DNA of 64,000 nt, taken from NCBI GenBank assembly GCA_003216455.1, contig QCIV01000003.1, forward strand, positions 18,667-82,666. The letters are read 5' to 3'. Numbering within the stretch: the stretch's first letter is position 1; each line of letters starts with the position of its first letter. The notes beneath the pieces were generated by a model. The model was not told the DNA's origin. It saw only the letters and a list, made by a program, of their open reading frames with translations, and ran no database searches. Both the position numbers and the translations under genes were made by a program. Below, piece by piece: positions 30,886 to 41,640 of this stretch. The stretch is from Prochlorococcus sp. AG-402-N17 (GTDB lineage: Bacteria > Cyanobacteriota > Cyanobacteriia > PCC-6307 > Cyanobiaceae).

Positions 30886-31119
30886 TACTCAAACTAAATT
30901 CATACTTGAGATTACAGAGTTACCGAGAAAATGGATTGCTTGCTCTAAAAAATAAGAATAAGTTTAATTAATGCTATTATGCAACGCGAATTCCAAACGG
31001 TGACTGATTGGAAACCAAATTTGCAAACACTTAAAAAAAACTTATGTCGAATTAAATATGCAATTAATAAAGTGTCTTAATCAAAATTTTTATACTTTTG
31101 TACATGTCATTATTAAAAA

Positions 31120-32952
31120 ATGTTTAAAAGTAAAACATTAGATCATTTAAATATAATTTTTTCTTTCCTTCCAAAAGCTAGAAAAAAACAATTTTTTTCT
31201 CTTGTGCCTATTGCTATTTTCGCAGGAACTTCTGAAGTGATTGTATTAGGAATACTGGCAAGACTTTTTAGCTTTATTGTAGGAGAACCAAGGAAATCAT
31301 TACCACTAAATGATTTTTTTAATTTTGATCCAAAATATAAACTTCTTACTTTAATTATCATTTTTGTATTAAGTAATTGGTTTGCTTCATTCATTAAACT
31401 TTATCTTCGTGCGAAACAACTCAAGCTAAAGGCAACCATTTGGAGAGATTTATCGGAGCTTGCCCTAAAAAAATTACTTTCACAGAAATATGAATTTTTT
31501 ATTTCTAATGGCAGGAATGAATTTTCTGCATCAGTTTTAGTGAATATTACTCGTGTAGCAGATATTGTAGTTCTTCCAGTACTACAGACGATAAGTGGAG
31601 CATTTGTAATCATTTTTATATCTTGCGCAATCCTTCTCATAGCTAAATCAACAGCACTCTATCTAGTTTTAGGCTTATTAATGGGTTATCTAGTGATTTC
31701 GCTAACTATTATTCCTTACTTAAGAATCGCAAATAAAAAAAGATTTGATTTAGAAATTCAATCAAACAATGCACTTCAGGAATCTCTAAAATCTATAGTA
31801 GACGTCAAATTAACTAATTCAGAAATTTTTTTCTTTGAAAATTACAAACTTTTAGTAAGAAAAGCCATACCTTTTATTTGGAGAGGAGAAACATTACCCG
31901 AAATTCCAAGGGCATTAGTGGAACCTTTTGGAATTACGCTTATATTTTTTATCGGAATCGTTCCACTATTATTAACCTCTGAAATAGACAAAATATCAAG
32001 TGTAATCCCTTTTTTAGCCACAATTGCAGCTGCATCTTTGAAATTAACACCTCCACTTCAAGATACATTTAGAGGATATAACTCCATAAGAGGAGGACTT
32101 CCTGATTTGGAAGCAACAACTAAACTAATAACTTCAACGAAGGAATTTAAAGAGGATATAAAATTTACCAATAAATCAACTTTTAAAAACAGTGGTTTTA
32201 AATTTCCATCTAATACTATTGCATTAAATAATGTTTACTATAAATACCCTAATTCGAGTTCATATGTAATTAATAATTTATCACTTAAGATAAAAACTGG
32301 TTCTAGGATTGCATTTGTTGGATCAACTGGTAGTGGGAAGACCACAACGGCAAACTTAATATTACAACTTTTATTGCCTCAAAAAGGTAATTTACTATTA
32401 GATAATAAGTTATTGATTAAAGAAGATGTAAAAAAATGGCAATATAATTGCGCCTATGTTCCTCAAACTTTTTACTTAAATAATTGTACAATTCTAGAAA
32501 ATATTGCTTTCGCGTCCGATGTAAATGAAGTTAATTTAAATGCAGTATGGGAATCTTTAGAGTCAGCAAAATTAACAGAATTTGTTAAAAAGATGCCTAA
32601 AAGTATTTACACCAATATTAGTGAAAACGGTTTAAAACTATCAGGAGGGCAAAGGCAGAGATTAGCTATAGCAAGAGCTTTCTATCGAAATTCTAAATTA
32701 TTAGTTTTAGATGAAGCGACTAGTGCTCTTGATAATAAAACAGAATCAGAAGTTATGAGTTCAATTGATCTTGTAAGCAATAACTGCACTTTAATAATAA
32801 TTGCCCATAGATTAAGTACAGTTATGAATGCCGATATGATTTATGAATTCAATAATGGTCAAATAATACATTCAGGAACATTTAAAGAATTATGTATTAA
32901 ATCAGATAGTTTCAAAGACCTAAAAGAGTTAGAGAAAAAAATATTGCAATAA
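31120..32952 (+). CDS. ABC transporter, fused TMD + ATPase (MsbA/PglK-like glycan exporter)
   Basis: GSTGSGKT, LSGGQRQR, LVLDEATSALD, IAHRL. Confidence 0.92.
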   Translation: MFKSKTLDHLNIIFSFLPKARKKQFFSLVPIAIFAGTSEVIVLGILARLFSFIVGEPRKSLPLNDFFNFDPKYKLLTLIIIFVLSNWFASFIKLYLRAKQLKLKATIWRDLSELALKKLLSQKYEFFISNGRNEFSASVLVNITRVADIVVLPVLQTISGAFVIIFISCAILLIAKSTALYLVLGLLMGYLVISLTIIPYLRIANKKRFDLEIQSNNALQESLKSIVDVKLTNSEIFFFENYKLLVRKAIPFIWRGETLPEIPRALVEPFGITLIFFIGIVPLLLTSEIDKISSVIPFLATIAAASLKLTPPLQDTFRGYNSIRGGLPDLEATTKLITSTKEFKEDIKFTNKSTFKNSGFKFPSNTIALNNVYYKYPNSSSYVINNLSLKIKTGSRIAFVGSTGSGKTTTANLILQLLLPQKGNLLLDNKLLIKEDVKKWQYNCAYVPQTFYLNNCTILENIAFASDVNEVNLNAVWESLESAKLTEFVKKMPKSIYTNISENGLKLSGGQRQRLAIARAFYRNSKLLVLDEATSALDNKTESEVMSSIDLVSNNCTLIIIAHRLSTVMNADMIYEFNNGQIIHSGTFKELCIKSDSFKDLKELEKKILQ

Positions 32953-32960
32953 AAAATAAT

Positions 32961-34268
32961 TTGGAAATGATTAATTATAAAATCTCGAAATTTCAATATA
33001 TTTTTATTAAAGAAATCAATTTATTCAGAGCAGGATTGTTTATTTTACCTTCTGCACCCGTAATAGCCTTTCTACTTATAATAATTTCACTCTTAATAAA
33101 TAGCTTCAAGATAAAAGCTTCATACTTGAAGAACAAGTCAAATTTTCTAATTTGCATAACAGGCATTTTAATGCTGATAAGCTCTATTTTTCAAACATTT
33201 TTTATAAAGAATTCTTACAGTGAAGAACTTAATAAAATCTCATCTTGGATTGGACTTTTTAACTGGATTCCTCTATTTTGGATTTTTTGTTCTTCACAAG
33301 AATTCCTTAAAACAAAAGAGGATAGAAAATGTACTAGTCTAATTTTATGCTTAAGCACAATCCCAGTAATATTTTCCGGAATTGGCCAAACTTTTTTTGA
33401 TTGGCATGGTCCCTTAGAATTATTTAATGGAACTATTATTTGGTATCAAAGACCCATAGATGCCATATCTGGGTTAACAGCACAGTTTAATCATGCCAAC
33501 TATGCAGGGGCATGGTTTACGTTTATATTACCTCTTTGCATCGCTCAATCTTTTAATAAGAACTCCAATAAGATTAAAAAGAATTTTTTAAGGATTATTC
33601 TTACTGGTATTATATCTTGTGTTTTTCTTACAAATTCACGAAATGCATGGGGCTCTTCAATATTGTCAATTCCATTACTTTTCGGAACATCCTCATTTCA
33701 ATGGTTTTTGCCTTGCTTACTATTTACAATTACCTTAATTTTAATTACCACCCAGAATTTATTCGAAAGCGGAATTCAAAATATATTGAGAGAGATAATA
33801 CCAAATAAAGTTTGGCAAGAATTTTCTTACGAGGGATTTAAAAATTTAGATGTAACAAGAATAGAGATTTTACAAGAAGCCTTTAAAATTATTATAAACA
33901 ATCCCCTATTTGGAACTGGTGCTGCATCATTTCCAATAATATATCAATTTGAAAAAGGTTTTTGGAAAGGACATTCGCATAATATTTTGACTGAATTATC
34001 AATTAGTTATGGAATACCTTGTACAATTATTCTGATTTATTTTGTTGGTAAAATTTTAGCAAAATCTTTTCATACTATATACTTAACAGATAAAAAAAAT
34101 ATATTTGATAGAAGTATTTGGACAGCGGTAATAGTTTTCTTATTATCGCAACAAATAGATATACAATATTTTGATGGGAGGATTAGTTTACTTTTCTGGA
34201 TATTACTAGCAGGACTAAAATGTATTAATGATGAAAATCAGTCTTTAATAAAAAATGCAAATAAATAA
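32961..34268 (+). CDS. O-antigen ligase / Wzy_C family membrane protein
   Basis: FNHANYAGAW, LTNSRNAW, R..I, PLFGTG, HSHN. Confidence 0.85.
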   Translation: MEMINYKISKFQYIFIKEINLFRAGLFILPSAPVIAFLLIIISLLINSFKIKASYLKNKSNFLICITGILMLISSIFQTFFIKNSYSEELNKISSWIGLFNWIPLFWIFCSSQEFLKTKEDRKCTSLILCLSTIPVIFSGIGQTFFDWHGPLELFNGTIIWYQRPIDAISGLTAQFNHANYAGAWFTFILPLCIAQSFNKNSNKIKKNFLRIILTGIISCVFLTNSRNAWGSSILSIPLLFGTSSFQWFLPCLLFTITLILITTQNLFESGIQNILREIIPNKVWQEFSYEGFKNLDVTRIEILQEAFKIIINNPLFGTGAASFPIIYQFEKGFWKGHSHNILTELSISYGIPCTIILIYFVGKILAKSFHTIYLTDKKNIFDRSIWTAVIVFLLSQQIDIQYFDGRISLLFWILLAGLKCINDENQSLIKNANK

Positions 34269-36639
34269 TTTCTCTTTAAAAATTAATAAAACGAATTTAT
34301 TACTTTTTTTGATAATTATTTCTAGTTTTATTATTGATAAAATTTATCTTCTTAATATTTCATATTTGCCAGCATGGGACCAAGGTTATCATCTTACTAA
34401 TTTATTTAAAACATACAACTTATTAGAAAATTTCAGTTTTAATAACCAAGAGTGGTGGCAAAGTTTTTGGAGTATATCAGAAACCTATAGAGGGCCTTTA
34501 ACTTATATATTTTCATCAATCTTTTTAAAATTCTTCGGCAAGACTTATGAAAGTAGTATTTTATCTAACAATATTTTTTCTATCATCACAATTTTATGTA
34601 TTTTTAATCTGTCTAGAGATTTAGGATATAAAAAAGCTGGATTATGGGGAGCATTTATTTTTGCTTTTAATCCATATATTTTTGATCAAAGGGTTGATTA
34701 TCTAATTGATATTTCTCAAATTTGTTTTTTAAATCTAAATTTTTATATCCTTTTTAAATTCTTAAAATCAAATGGAAGTTATATATTATCTCTAATATTA
34801 GGCATTACATTAGGGTTTATATTTCTTACTAAACCAACTGGTATTTTGTTTTTGGTTTTTCCCTATATCTATTCATTTTATTTATTAATTAAAAATTCTA
34901 ATTTCAATAAATTATATATAGTAGTCTTTCTTAGCACCTTTATAACAATCATATGGCCTTGGCTTAGTACAAATTGGCTTACGATAATTACAAGCATAGC
35001 TAATTCTTGGCAATGGGGTATTAAATATCAAGATGGACTCGAAGCTAATACTTTAGAAGGAATTCTTTTTTATCCTAAGACTATTCTAAAATTAGTAGGT
35101 CCTCTCTTATTCGGAAGTTTTTTTGGAATATCGTGTTTGAAAATATTGCACAAATTAAAAAAATCTAGCTTAACAAAAAACATTCAGAACTCCTTAAGCA
35201 AAAACAATATTTTCCTTTTAAGCTTTCCAATAAATGTTTTAATTATATGCACTTTAATGAGTACCAAAGATTTAAGATTCATATTACCCATTTTCCCATC
35301 ATTATGTATATTTTCAGGTTTATTAATAACAAATTTAAAAAATTATAGTTGGGGTAAATTTTATAAGATATTTATTTTTTTAATAATTTTTTTTAAACTA
35401 TTTTTAAATTTATCTTTGCAGAAAAATATAGTTTTTAAATTTGATAATACTTCAAAACCTAAGTGGCCACATAAAGAAATTATTGAACAAGTTAGTAATT
35501 TTTCACCTTATTCAAAATCAGTTATTGCAATCTTACCTGATACAAAGGAATTGAATACCTTTAATCTTTCATCTGAAGCAAATATTCAAAATAGTAATAC
35601 TTATGTAAGGCAAATTATTAGTAATGAAAAATCATATAAAGATGATTTAGATAGATTTAATTGGTTTCTTTTGAAAGATGGAGAACAAGGAATTATGACT
35701 AATGATTCCAAATTGGCATTATCAGATCTTATTAAGGAATCAAATAAATTTAAAAATTTCAAGTCTTGGGAATTACCAGATGGATCAAAAGCAACACTTT
35801 ACAAAAGAAAAGTAATGAATGAATCAATAGCAATAATTAATAAGAACTTTATACCTTTAAATTTAGATTTAATTTTTAGTTCTAATGGCATTACTGCTAA
35901 TTTAAAGGGAAGTAATGAGATTATAAATAATAGTAATTTACTTATTAATGCAAGAAATAATGAAAAGAAGTATGAAATAAATATTTCTTATCCAAAAATA
36001 ATAAATTTATTAAATAAAAATATTGAGATAATTAAAAACGTAAATTTTGAAGATGAATTAAATTTTGATAATTCATTAAAATTTGATTCTATTTTAATAA
36101 CTAATAAAAACAAAAAAATACCAGTTAAAGTAAATAAAGTTATTTTTAAGAAGAAATTAAACAAAGATACTACAGCCCAATTTCAAAAAAATAAAATTAA
36201 AGAGCTAGAAAAGATGGCGGAATATCTTAGGCTTGGAGAGTTTGATGAATTATTTAATCTTGTAGAAGTAGTAAATCAATCAGATCCTGATCAAGAATAT
36301 TTAAAAAATGCAGAAAAAATATTCAAATATAGATATCAATTAAATAAAAATAATTATGATTATTTATACAAAATTGCTATTTCACAAATTCTTCAAAGAA
36401 AATCTATTGAAGCAGCAAATTCTCTTAAAGAAATTTTGAAATATGAAAAAAATAATTCAAATTTATATTTAGCAAAATCTATTGTTGATATTTATAATTT
36501 TAATCCTAGAAAAGCCGATAAAAATATTCAAATGGCGAGTAAATTAAATAATGATCAAAACTTAATTTCTACAATAAATTCGATAAAAATAATTTCAAAT
36601 TTTTTGAATTTTAAAATTATAAATTTAATAAATATATAA
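34255..36639 (+). CDS. GT39-like lipid-carrier-dependent glycosyltransferase with a helical-repeat C-terminus
   Basis: PAWDQGYHL, YRGPL, LTKPTG, KDLRF.LP; multi-TM N-half; TPR-like C-terminus. Confidence 0.78.
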   Translation: MQINNFSLKINKTNLLLFLIIISSFIIDKIYLLNISYLPAWDQGYHLTNLFKTYNLLENFSFNNQEWWQSFWSISETYRGPLTYIFSSIFLKFFGKTYESSILSNNIFSIITILCIFNLSRDLGYKKAGLWGAFIFAFNPYIFDQRVDYLIDISQICFLNLNFYILFKFLKSNGSYILSLILGITLGFIFLTKPTGILFLVFPYIYSFYLLIKNSNFNKLYIVVFLSTFITIIWPWLSTNWLTIITSIANSWQWGIKYQDGLEANTLEGILFYPKTILKLVGPLLFGSFFGISCLKILHKLKKSSLTKNIQNSLSKNNIFLLSFPINVLIICTLMSTKDLRFILPIFPSLCIFSGLLITNLKNYSWGKFYKIFIFLIIFFKLFLNLSLQKNIVFKFDNTSKPKWPHKEIIEQVSNFSPYSKSVIAILPDTKELNTFNLSSEANIQNSNTYVRQIISNEKSYKDDLDRFNWFLLKDGEQGIMTNDSKLALSDLIKESNKFKNFKSWELPDGSKATLYKRKVMNESIAIINKNFIPLNLDLIFSSNGITANLKGSNEIINNSNLLINARNNEKKYEINISYPKIINLLNKNIEIIKNVNFEDELNFDNSLKFDSILITNKNKKIPVKVNKVIFKKKLNKDTTAQFQKNKIKELEKMAEYLRLGEFDELFNLVEVVNQSDPDQEYLKNAEKIFKYRYQLNKNNYDYLYKIAISQILQRKSIEAANSLKEILKYEKNNSNLYLAKSIVDIYNFNPRKADKNIQMASKLNNDQNLISTINSIKIISNFLNFKIINLINI

Positions 36640-36698
36640 AATATGCAAATTTTTATTTAAAATATTATTAATAGAAAATTTTTTAACTTTTCATATAA

Positions 36699-37862
36699 AT
36701 GTTATCTAACTATAAAGGGAATGTAGCAATAATCCATGACTGGTTTTCTGGAGAATTTAAGGGTGGGGCGGAAAAAGTTCTTAAAGAAATAGAACAAATC
36801 ATTGTTGAAAATAAATCATATTACGAGATTTACTCTTTGGTAAATCACTTAAATAAAAAACATAAATTTAATCAAGGGAAAATTATTAATACTTCTTTCA
36901 TACAAAACTTACCATTTAGCAAAAAACATTTTCACAAGTATTTACCTCTATTCCCTTTAGCAATTGAACAACTTGATCTTAGAGAATTTGATTTAATCAT
37001 AAGTTCTAGTCACGCAGTTGCGAAAGGTGTTATTACATCTCCTGATCAACTGCACATAAGTTATATTCACTCGCCAATGCGATATGCTTGGGACCAAATG
37101 CATGTATACCTAGAGAGTTCTTCATACATGGAATCAAAAATAAATATTTTATTAAGAATAATCCTTCAAGATTTGAGGAAATGGGATTATTTGAGTAGTG
37201 TAAGAATTGATAAATTAGTTTCTAACTCAAATTTCACTGCAAAAAGAGTTAAAAAATATTGGGGAAGAGATTCATCAGTTATTCATCCTCCAGTCGATAC
37301 AAAAAAATTCACTCCAAGAAAATCAAGAAGTGATTTTTATTTAAGTGTATCGAGATTAGTCCCAAATAAAAGGATTGATTTATTGGTAAAAGCATTTAAC
37401 CAGCTTAATTATCCATTAATTATTGTTGGTAGTGGTCCAGAGAAAAAAAAACTTATGAAACTTTCCAAAAATAATATAAGTTTTTTAAATTATCAAGATG
37501 ATCTTTCAATTAAAAACTTAATGGAAACTTGTAGAGCTTTTGTTTATACGGGAATAGAAGATTTTGGAATTGCCCCTGTTGAAGCTATGGCTGCTGGAGC
37601 ACCCATAATAGCTTTCAAAAAAGGTGGAATATTAGATACTGTTAAATGTATAAATTCCGAGGCTAAAATAGCAACAGGAATTTTATTTGATGAGCAAAAT
37701 GATAAGGTAATTAGAGACTGTATAAAATACTTTGAAGAAAAGAAACTTTGGTTAGAATTTTCTAATGAAGATATGCATTCATGGGCTCAAAATTTTAGTA
37801 TAGATATTTTTAAAAAGAAATTTGCTAATTTTATTTTTAAATCTATAGAAGACTTCAAATAA
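36699..37862 (+). CDS. GT4 glycosyltransferase (WbaZ-like mannosyltransferase type)
   Basis: AIIHDW, GGAEKVL, YIHSPMRYAWD, EDFGIAPVEAMAAG. Confidence 0.9.
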   Translation: MLSNYKGNVAIIHDWFSGEFKGGAEKVLKEIEQIIVENKSYYEIYSLVNHLNKKHKFNQGKIINTSFIQNLPFSKKHFHKYLPLFPLAIEQLDLREFDLIISSSHAVAKGVITSPDQLHISYIHSPMRYAWDQMHVYLESSSYMESKINILLRIILQDLRKWDYLSSVRIDKLVSNSNFTAKRVKKYWGRDSSVIHPPVDTKKFTPRKSRSDFYLSVSRLVPNKRIDLLVKAFNQLNYPLIIVGSGPEKKKLMKLSKNNISFLNYQDDLSIKNLMETCRAFVYTGIEDFGIAPVEAMAAGAPIIAFKKGGILDTVKCINSEAKIATGILFDEQNDKVIRDCIKYFEEKKLWLEFSNEDMHSWAQNFSIDIFKKKFANFIFKSIEDFK

Positions 37863-37945
37863 AATAATTTATATAAGAACTCTATTATAAAAAATTGATA
37901 TTTAAAAATAAAACGATTATTATTGGATAATATTTTTTTAATATT

Positions 37946-38566
37946 TTGAATTACAAGATTATAAAAAGATTTTTAGATTTTATATTTGCTTTTTTACTAA
38001 TAATTTTATTAATTCCATTATTTTTAATAATTGGAATTCTAATTAAAATTAGCTCAAAGGGATCTATTATATACATTCAAAAAAGGATTGGAAAGAATAA
38101 TACTAGTTTTTCTTGTTATAAATTTCGTACGATGCATCCCCAATCAAAATATCTCTTAAAAAAAATATTAATTAAAAATAAAGATTTTAAAAATCAATTT
38201 TCCGAGACAAGAAAAATAGTAAATGATCCCAGAATCACTAGATTTGGTAAATTCCTGAGATTTTCAAGCTTAGATGAATTACCTCAAATATTTAATGTTT
38301 TAATAGGAGATATGAGTTTCATTGGACCAAGACCAATTGTTAAAAGCGAAATAAAAAAATACGGGAAAGAATTTGGAAAAGTTTTTTCTATAAAACCAGG
38401 TATATCGGGTTTATGGCAAGTAAGTGGTAGAAATAATCTTTCTTATGATAAAAGAGTAGAACTAGACATTAATTATTCAGAAAATATTAATTTTCTACTT
38501 GATACAAAAATATTCATTAAGACTATAGTAGTTATTTTATTTCCTTTTGGGAAAGGGGCACTTTAA
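37946..38566 (+). CDS. Bacterial sugar transferase (initiating polyprenyl-phosphate glycosyl-1-P transferase, small type)
   Basis: KRFLD, YKFRTM, DPRIT, SLDELPQ, IGPRP, KPGISGLWQVSGR. Confidence 0.92.
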   Translation: MNYKIIKRFLDFIFAFLLIILLIPLFLIIGILIKISSKGSIIYIQKRIGKNNTSFSCYKFRTMHPQSKYLLKKILIKNKDFKNQFSETRKIVNDPRITRFGKFLRFSSLDELPQIFNVLIGDMSFIGPRPIVKSEIKKYGKEFGKVFSIKPGISGLWQVSGRNNLSYDKRVELDINYSENINFLLDTKIFIKTIVVILFPFGKGAL

Positions 38567-38650
38567 TATATTAAACATAAGAAGATTTTCTTTAATTGTT
38601 AATCCCTAGTAATATTAAATTAAAGAAGAAATAGATTAATCTTTATAAGA

Positions 38651-38854
38651 TTATCTACCATATTTTCTTCAAATCTTTTTTATATTATCATAGCTAATAA
38701 ATGTCCAGCTCTGAATATCAAATAAAGTTAAAGGGATTTTGGTTAGGTTAGATAATATACGCTTTACCCCAAATGGCGCATATTTACTCACACATACACT
38801 CTCATATGGAACAATTATTTTTTCATCACTATCACAAAAAATATTAATATCAAT
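38651..38854 (-). pseudogene. Degenerate 3' remnant of a manC-like cupin domain
   Basis: Manual translation ...KRILSNLTKIPLTLFDIQSWTFISYDNIK/[frameshift]RFEE/[frameshift]YGR* resembles the ManC end [38 protein letters not shown]. Confidence 0.65.
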
Positions 38855-38941
38855 CTAAATAAAAAATGAATATTACAAACGATTTATTTACTTTCCAAAA
38901 GTTTTAAAAATTTAAATATTTTTCAATTTAATAAATTAATC

Positions 38942-40000
38942 CTAATTTTTATAACCAATTGGATTTTTCTTTTTCCATTTCCAACCATCTCTACACATAT
39001 CTTCAATACTAAATTTAGGGACTATTTTGAATTTATTGATTAATGTTGAATTATCAGCAACTACAGAACAAGCATCACCAAGCCTTCTTTTAGAAAAAAC
39101 ATATGGGACTTTTGTATTATTCACTTTTTCAAAAATTTTAATTAACTCTAGCACTGAAGTTCCGAGTCCTGTCCCTACATTTAAATTTATAAAAGTCCGA
39201 TTATTTTGAAATAGATTCTCTAAAATATCAATATGTGCTTCTGCCAAATCCATCACATGAATGTAATCTCTTATTGCGGTTCCATCATTAGTCGGCCAAT
39301 CATTCCCATATATCTCTAATTGCTTCTGAATTCCTAATGCAGTATTTAGGATTAATGGAAAAATATTATTTGGTTTTCCAACTGGATTTTCTCCAATTAA
39401 TCCAGAAAAGTGAGCCCCAATTGGATTAAAGTATCTCAATGAAGCCATTTTCAAATTAGTTTTTGAAGCTTCAAAAATATCTTTTAGTATTATTTCGATT
39501 GTCAATTTTGTTTTTCCATAAGTATTAATTGGATTAAGTTCAGAGCTTTCTGATAAAAGAGAATTTTCTTTTTGAACGTATAATGTTGCACTACTACTAA
39601 AAACGAAAGTATTACAATTATATTTTTTCATTATTTCAAATAAGTTAATACTACCGATAACATTTACTTCCCAATATAAAAGGGGATATTTAACTGATTC
39701 AGAAACAGATTTTAATCCTGCAAAATGTATGATTCCATCAATCTTTTTGTTATTTTTGTGTAAATCAAAGAAAAGATTTTCTAAAAACTTTTTATCACGT
39801 AAATCGCCATTATAAATATTTAACTTAGGATCTATTGAAGAATTTTTTAATTTAATAATTTCCAAAATTTTATCAAGTGACTTTGGCGAGCTGTTTACGA
39901 AAGAATCCACAACATGTACTTCATATCCTTTCTCCAATAGCAAAAGGCAAGTATGGCTACCTATAAAACCAGCTCCTCCAGTAACTAAAATATTCTTCAT
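38942..40000 (-). CDS. galE: UDP-glucose 4-epimerase
   Basis: TGGAGFIGSH, HFAGLKSV.ES, YGKTK, LRYFNPIGAH, RDYIHVMDLA. Confidence 0.95.
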   Translation of the reverse strand: MKNILVTGGAGFIGSHTCLLLLEKGYEVHVVDSFVNSSPKSLDKILEIIKLKNSSIDPKLNIYNGDLRDKKFLENLFFDLHKNNKKIDGIIHFAGLKSVSESVKYPLLYWEVNVIGSINLFEIMKKYNCNTFVFSSSATLYVQKENSLLSESSELNPINTYGKTKLTIEIILKDIFEASKTNLKMASLRYFNPIGAHFSGLIGENPVGKPNNIFPLILNTALGIQKQLEIYGNDWPTNDGTAIRDYIHVMDLAEAHIDILENLFQNNRTFINLNVGTGLGTSVLELIKIFEKVNNTKVPYVFSKRRLGDACSVVADNSTLINKFKIVPKFSIEDMCRDGWKWKKKNPIGYKN

Positions 40001-40112
40001 AAAACTCTAAATAAATATATGAGCTATTGAAAAATGAGAAGAAGTATAAACTAAACAACAAACGCTCATAATAGGTTAATATTTTAATCTAGAGTCTGGA
40101 AATTAACAAACC

Positions 40113-41561
40113 ATGAAATATAAAATTAATAATATTTGCTGTATTGGAGCTGGATACGTTGGAGGGCCAACTATGGCTGTAATTGCCGATAAGTGTCCAA
40201 ATATTCAAATAGAAGTTGTAGATATAAATAAAGTTAGGATTAGACAATGGAATGAAGATGATTTGGAAAAATTGCCAATTTTTGAACCTGGCTTAGCTGA
40301 AATTATTAAAAGATGTCGAGGCAAGAATTTACATTTCTCAAATTTTGTGGGAGAAAAAATAAAAAAAGCAGATATGGTTTTTATATCTGTGAATACACCT
40401 ACAAAAGAAAAGGGGCTTGGAGCAGGCAAAGCAAGCGATTTGAAATGGGTTGAGGCATGTGCAAGAGAAGTTGCCCGTAATGCAATTGGGCATACCATTG
40501 TGGTCGAAAAAAGCACCTTACCTGTAAGAACAGCAGAAGTAATAAAGGAAATACTAAATGCAGTACAAAATTCATCCTCAAATGAATCACATCATTGTTC
40601 TTTTGACGTTTTATCTAACCCTGAATTTTTATCAGAAGGTACTGCTATAAATGATCTTATTTACCCGGATAGAGTTCTAATAGGGGGTGAACATCAAGAA
40701 GCCATAGATTCCTTGTCTGAAATATATTCTAGATGGGTACCAAGAAATAAAATTCTTGAAACAAATATTTGGAGCAGTGAACTTGCTAAATTAACTGCAA
40801 ATGCTTTTTTAGCTCAAAGAATAAGTTCTATAAATTCAATAAGTGCTTTATGTGAAGCTACTGGTGCAGATGTAAGGGAGGTAGCGCGGGCGATAGGTTC
40901 GGATAACAGAATTGGTTCAAAATTTCTTGATTCTGGTCCAGGGTTTGGGGGTAGTTGTTTCAAAAAAGATATCCTAAACCTTGTTTACTTAGCAGAATAT
41001 TTTGGATTAAATGAAGTAGCTAATTTTTGGGAAAATGTAGTTAAAATTAATTCTTGGCATCAAAAAAGAATTTCAGAAATTATTGTTAAAAAACTTTTTG
41101 GAACTGTTGCAAATAAAAAAATAGTAATTTTGGGATTTGCTTTTAAAGCCAATACCAATGACACAAGGGAATCTGCAGCAATTACTATATGCAAAAACCT
41201 ACTTAATGAAGGAGCAAATCTTGTAATTCATGATCCTAAAGTTACTGCCTCCCAAATAGAAAATGATTTAAACAAAAATCCTGCAAAGTCTTTAGGGAAT
41301 GAGAATGATTTTTTTAATGTAAAAGCAGGAAACTGGGAACATAGTAAATGTATTAATAATCTTGAAATCTTTAATAATGCATATGCCATAGTAATTCTTA
41401 CTGAGTGGGACGAATTTAGAGAACTAAACTGGACGGAGATAGTAAATAAAATGATCCCACCTGCTTGGGTTTTTGATTCAAGGTCAATTGTAAATACTGA
41501 AAAGGTGAAAGCCGCAGGTCTCAGCTTGTGGAGACTTGGTGATGGCCTTGGAGAAAATTGA
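40113..41561 (+). CDS. ugd: UDP-glucose 6-dehydrogenase
   Basis: GAGYVGGPT, VEKSTLP, SNPEFL, GFGGSCFKKD, FKANTNDTRES. Confidence 0.95.
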   Translation: MKYKINNICCIGAGYVGGPTMAVIADKCPNIQIEVVDINKVRIRQWNEDDLEKLPIFEPGLAEIIKRCRGKNLHFSNFVGEKIKKADMVFISVNTPTKEKGLGAGKASDLKWVEACAREVARNAIGHTIVVEKSTLPVRTAEVIKEILNAVQNSSSNESHHCSFDVLSNPEFLSEGTAINDLIYPDRVLIGGEHQEAIDSLSEIYSRWVPRNKILETNIWSSELAKLTANAFLAQRISSINSISALCEATGADVREVARAIGSDNRIGSKFLDSGPGFGGSCFKKDILNLVYLAEYFGLNEVANFWENVVKINSWHQKRISEIIVKKLFGTVANKKIVILGFAFKANTNDTRESAAITICKNLLNEGANLVIHDPKVTASQIENDLNKNPAKSLGNENDFFNVKAGNWEHSKCINNLEIFNNAYAIVILTEWDEFRELNWTEIVNKMIPPAWVFDSRSIVNTEKVKAAGLSLWRLGDGLGEN

Positions 41562-41640
41562 TAATCTAAGTATTTTCTCTGCCCTAAAATGTAAAATAAT
41601 AATTAAATAAATTTAATAAATTTAGTTTAAATAATTTATT

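Noticed and set aside
41585-41640. AT-only quasi-repeats between ugd and manC (also 21740-21860, 29700-29900)
   Set aside because: Low-complexity AT sequence with no stable stem or defined repeat unit
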